Of a stretch of 36,450 bases of DNA, positions 34,569 through 36,450 are shown in pieces. A model generated the notes under the pieces. The model did not search any database. It was not told the DNA's origin and saw only the letters and a list, made by a program, of their open reading frames with translations. The stretch is from positions 1,949,615 through 1,986,064 of the forward strand of contig BCIN01000003.1 in assembly GCA_039545335.1 (NCBI GenBank), written 5' to 3'. Position 1 is the stretch's first letter. Each line of letters starts with the position of its first letter. The stretch is from Kondoa subrosea (taxonomy: Eukaryota). The position numbers and the translations under genes were made by a program.

Positions 34569-36450
34569 ATGGCAGCTCCTCCAAAGCCAATCAGGCGTCT
34601 CACGCTCATTGGCAATCATCCTGTCACCACAGCCTCGACTATGCTGGATTTGTACGAGCCATTGGATGTGATTGGCAGCGGAAGTTTCGGAATTATTGTG
34701 AGGGACACTTTGCAACGATCAGTGATACTCTTATTGATACCTGGCACAGCGCACGGTCAAACGAAAGTCTGATGGAGCTGTATGTTCAATAAAGTGAAGC
34801 AATCGAGAAGAATGGCTGACCCTGTGTCATTTCATAGATTCTTGCACGCAAAGAGCTCAATTGGCGCAAGATGGATGAACGAGATCTACGTCAACTGAAT
34901 GAGGAGGTGTAAGTATAATTTCCGGCGGAACTTTGATCTAGCTCACGTATGGACCGTAGCAACATCTTGCAAAATATGCCGCCCAACGAATACATTGTTC
35001 AATATCACGAACGTTTCTTGGACAAATCCAATTGCATGTTGCACATCGTTATGGAGTATTGCGAAAATGGAGATCTCACTCATGTCATTCAACGATGCCG
35101 CCAAGACAATCTGCTTCTACCTGAAGAAGTCATTTGGTCTTACCTTACACAAATCACTCTGGCTCTTCATGACTGTCATGCCGATACCGACTCGCAAGGT
35201 CGAAAGAAGACGGTCGTTCTGCATCGCGATCTCAAACCGGAGAACGTCTTCCTCTCAAAAGACAACATCCTCAAACTAGGCGATTTCGGTCTAAGCAAAG
35301 CCATGTCTGCTAATTTCACCAATACTTACGTTGGTACACCTTACTACATGTCACCTGAACTAATCAATGGTCAGCAATATGATGTCAAGTCCGATATTTG
35401 GGCTTTGGGTTGTTTGATTTACGAACTTTGCGCTTGGCATCCACCTTTCTCTCAAGCTCAAACTCAACCTGAATTAGCAAAGATGATCCGAGATGGCAAG
35501 ATTCCTTCTTTACCTCAAGGTTATACTTCCATGTTGAACCAAGTAGTCAAGTCCATGTTGAGACAAGATCCGAAACAACGTCCTACCACAAAACAAATCA
35601 TGACTTTGGATCAAGTGAAATTACAAATGCGAGCTTTGGATTTGAGGAGATTCAAGAATACTTTGTTAAGGGAGAAAGAAACTGTTGCGAGGGAGAAGCA
35701 AGCTTTGAATGATCGAGCCAATTTACTAGCTGAAAGAGAACAAGCAATTGCTGAAAGAGAAGGAGCGGTCATGGAATTGGAGCAAAGTTTGATTGATCGA
35801 GAAACGGCTTTGACAGAACGAGAACAGCAAATTGCGAATTCGGATCATCGGGAAATGGCTTTAAGTGAGAGAGAACGGATTTTGGAGAGTGAAGAGCAAA
35901 GAGTTCAGCAAGAAAGGGATAATTGGGTTCAGGAGAAGAACAGACTCGCTCAAGCTTTAGGCATTTCGCCTACTTTACTTCAAGGTCAAGGTCAATCTGC
36001 TTCTTCATCCTCATCAGATGGACGCAACAGTATGCAGAGCAGTTATGGCTACGAGGATTCGGATCAGTATTACCAGCATTCGAGAGACAACAGAATGCCC
36101 AGTCTTGGTTCGATAGCTTTGGCTCTACCGAATATGGGTGAAAAAGGTGATGCGGCGATACGAAGAGTTGCGAGTCGCCCTAGCTTGGTTCCTAGACCTC
36201 CTCTGGAAGAACGAAGAGCTAGGTAAGTTTCCCTCAACAGCTTCTTATAAGCAGAACTGATCTCCAGATGCAGCAGCCAAATCACTCGTCGCATCTCTAC
36301 CAACAGTGTCATGAGCTTGGACGACACACCTGTCAAATCACCTACCTACTCCTATCAACAGCAGCAATACCTCACTCGCGCATCACAAAACATGGGTTCT
36401 GCCGAACGATCTTGCCCACCCTCTTCAGAAAACCGTCGAAGAATGATCGC
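34569..36450 (+). CDS. NIMA/Nek2-family Ser/Thr protein kinase (3' partial)
   Basis: YEPLDVIGSGSFGII|RTVKRKSDG|ILARKELNW..EV|NIL, HRDLKPENVFL, KLGDFGLSK, TYVGTPYYMSPE, followed by a coiled coil (LAEREQAIAERE repeats). Runs off the window. Confidence 0.93.

Overview
Gene-dense fungal genomic DNA, almost certainly a basidiomycete (many ~45-60 nt GT-AG introns with CTRAY branch points; basidiomycete-type Gcn4 and SC15-like proteins). Hand splicing supports about 17 genes: an RWD-RBR E3 ligase (RNF14/Itt1), mitochondrial bL36, Gcn4/Cpc1 bZIP, a Ca2+/H+ antiporter, an SC15-like secreted protein, a Pil1/Lsp1-like protein, a PhnP-like metallo-beta-lactamase, SDHAF4/Sdh8, a DH-PH RhoGEF, vigilin/Scp160, USB1, U2SURP/SR140, a NIMA kinase (3' partial), three proteins I cannot assign to a family, and a PMT pseudogene fragment. 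Highlights: (1) two paralogous unassigned genes about 22 kb apart that share a phase-0 micro-exon architecture, an N-terminal domain I do not recognise and a C-terminal helix-turn-helix-like domain, fragmented beyond recognition in the ORF track; (2) a Gcn4/Cpc1 leader with a 3-codon uORF1, a 43-codon uORF2, a 166-codon AUG-free in-frame extension, and a possible intron that would fuse uORF2 to the main ORF; (3) an intact PhnP-like gene that has lost its catalytic metal ligands; (4) USB1 and U2SURP stop codons 9 bp apart. No rRNA, tRNA, CRISPR array or transposon was recognised. All exon models are manual, and family assignments come from recalled motifs, not database searches.
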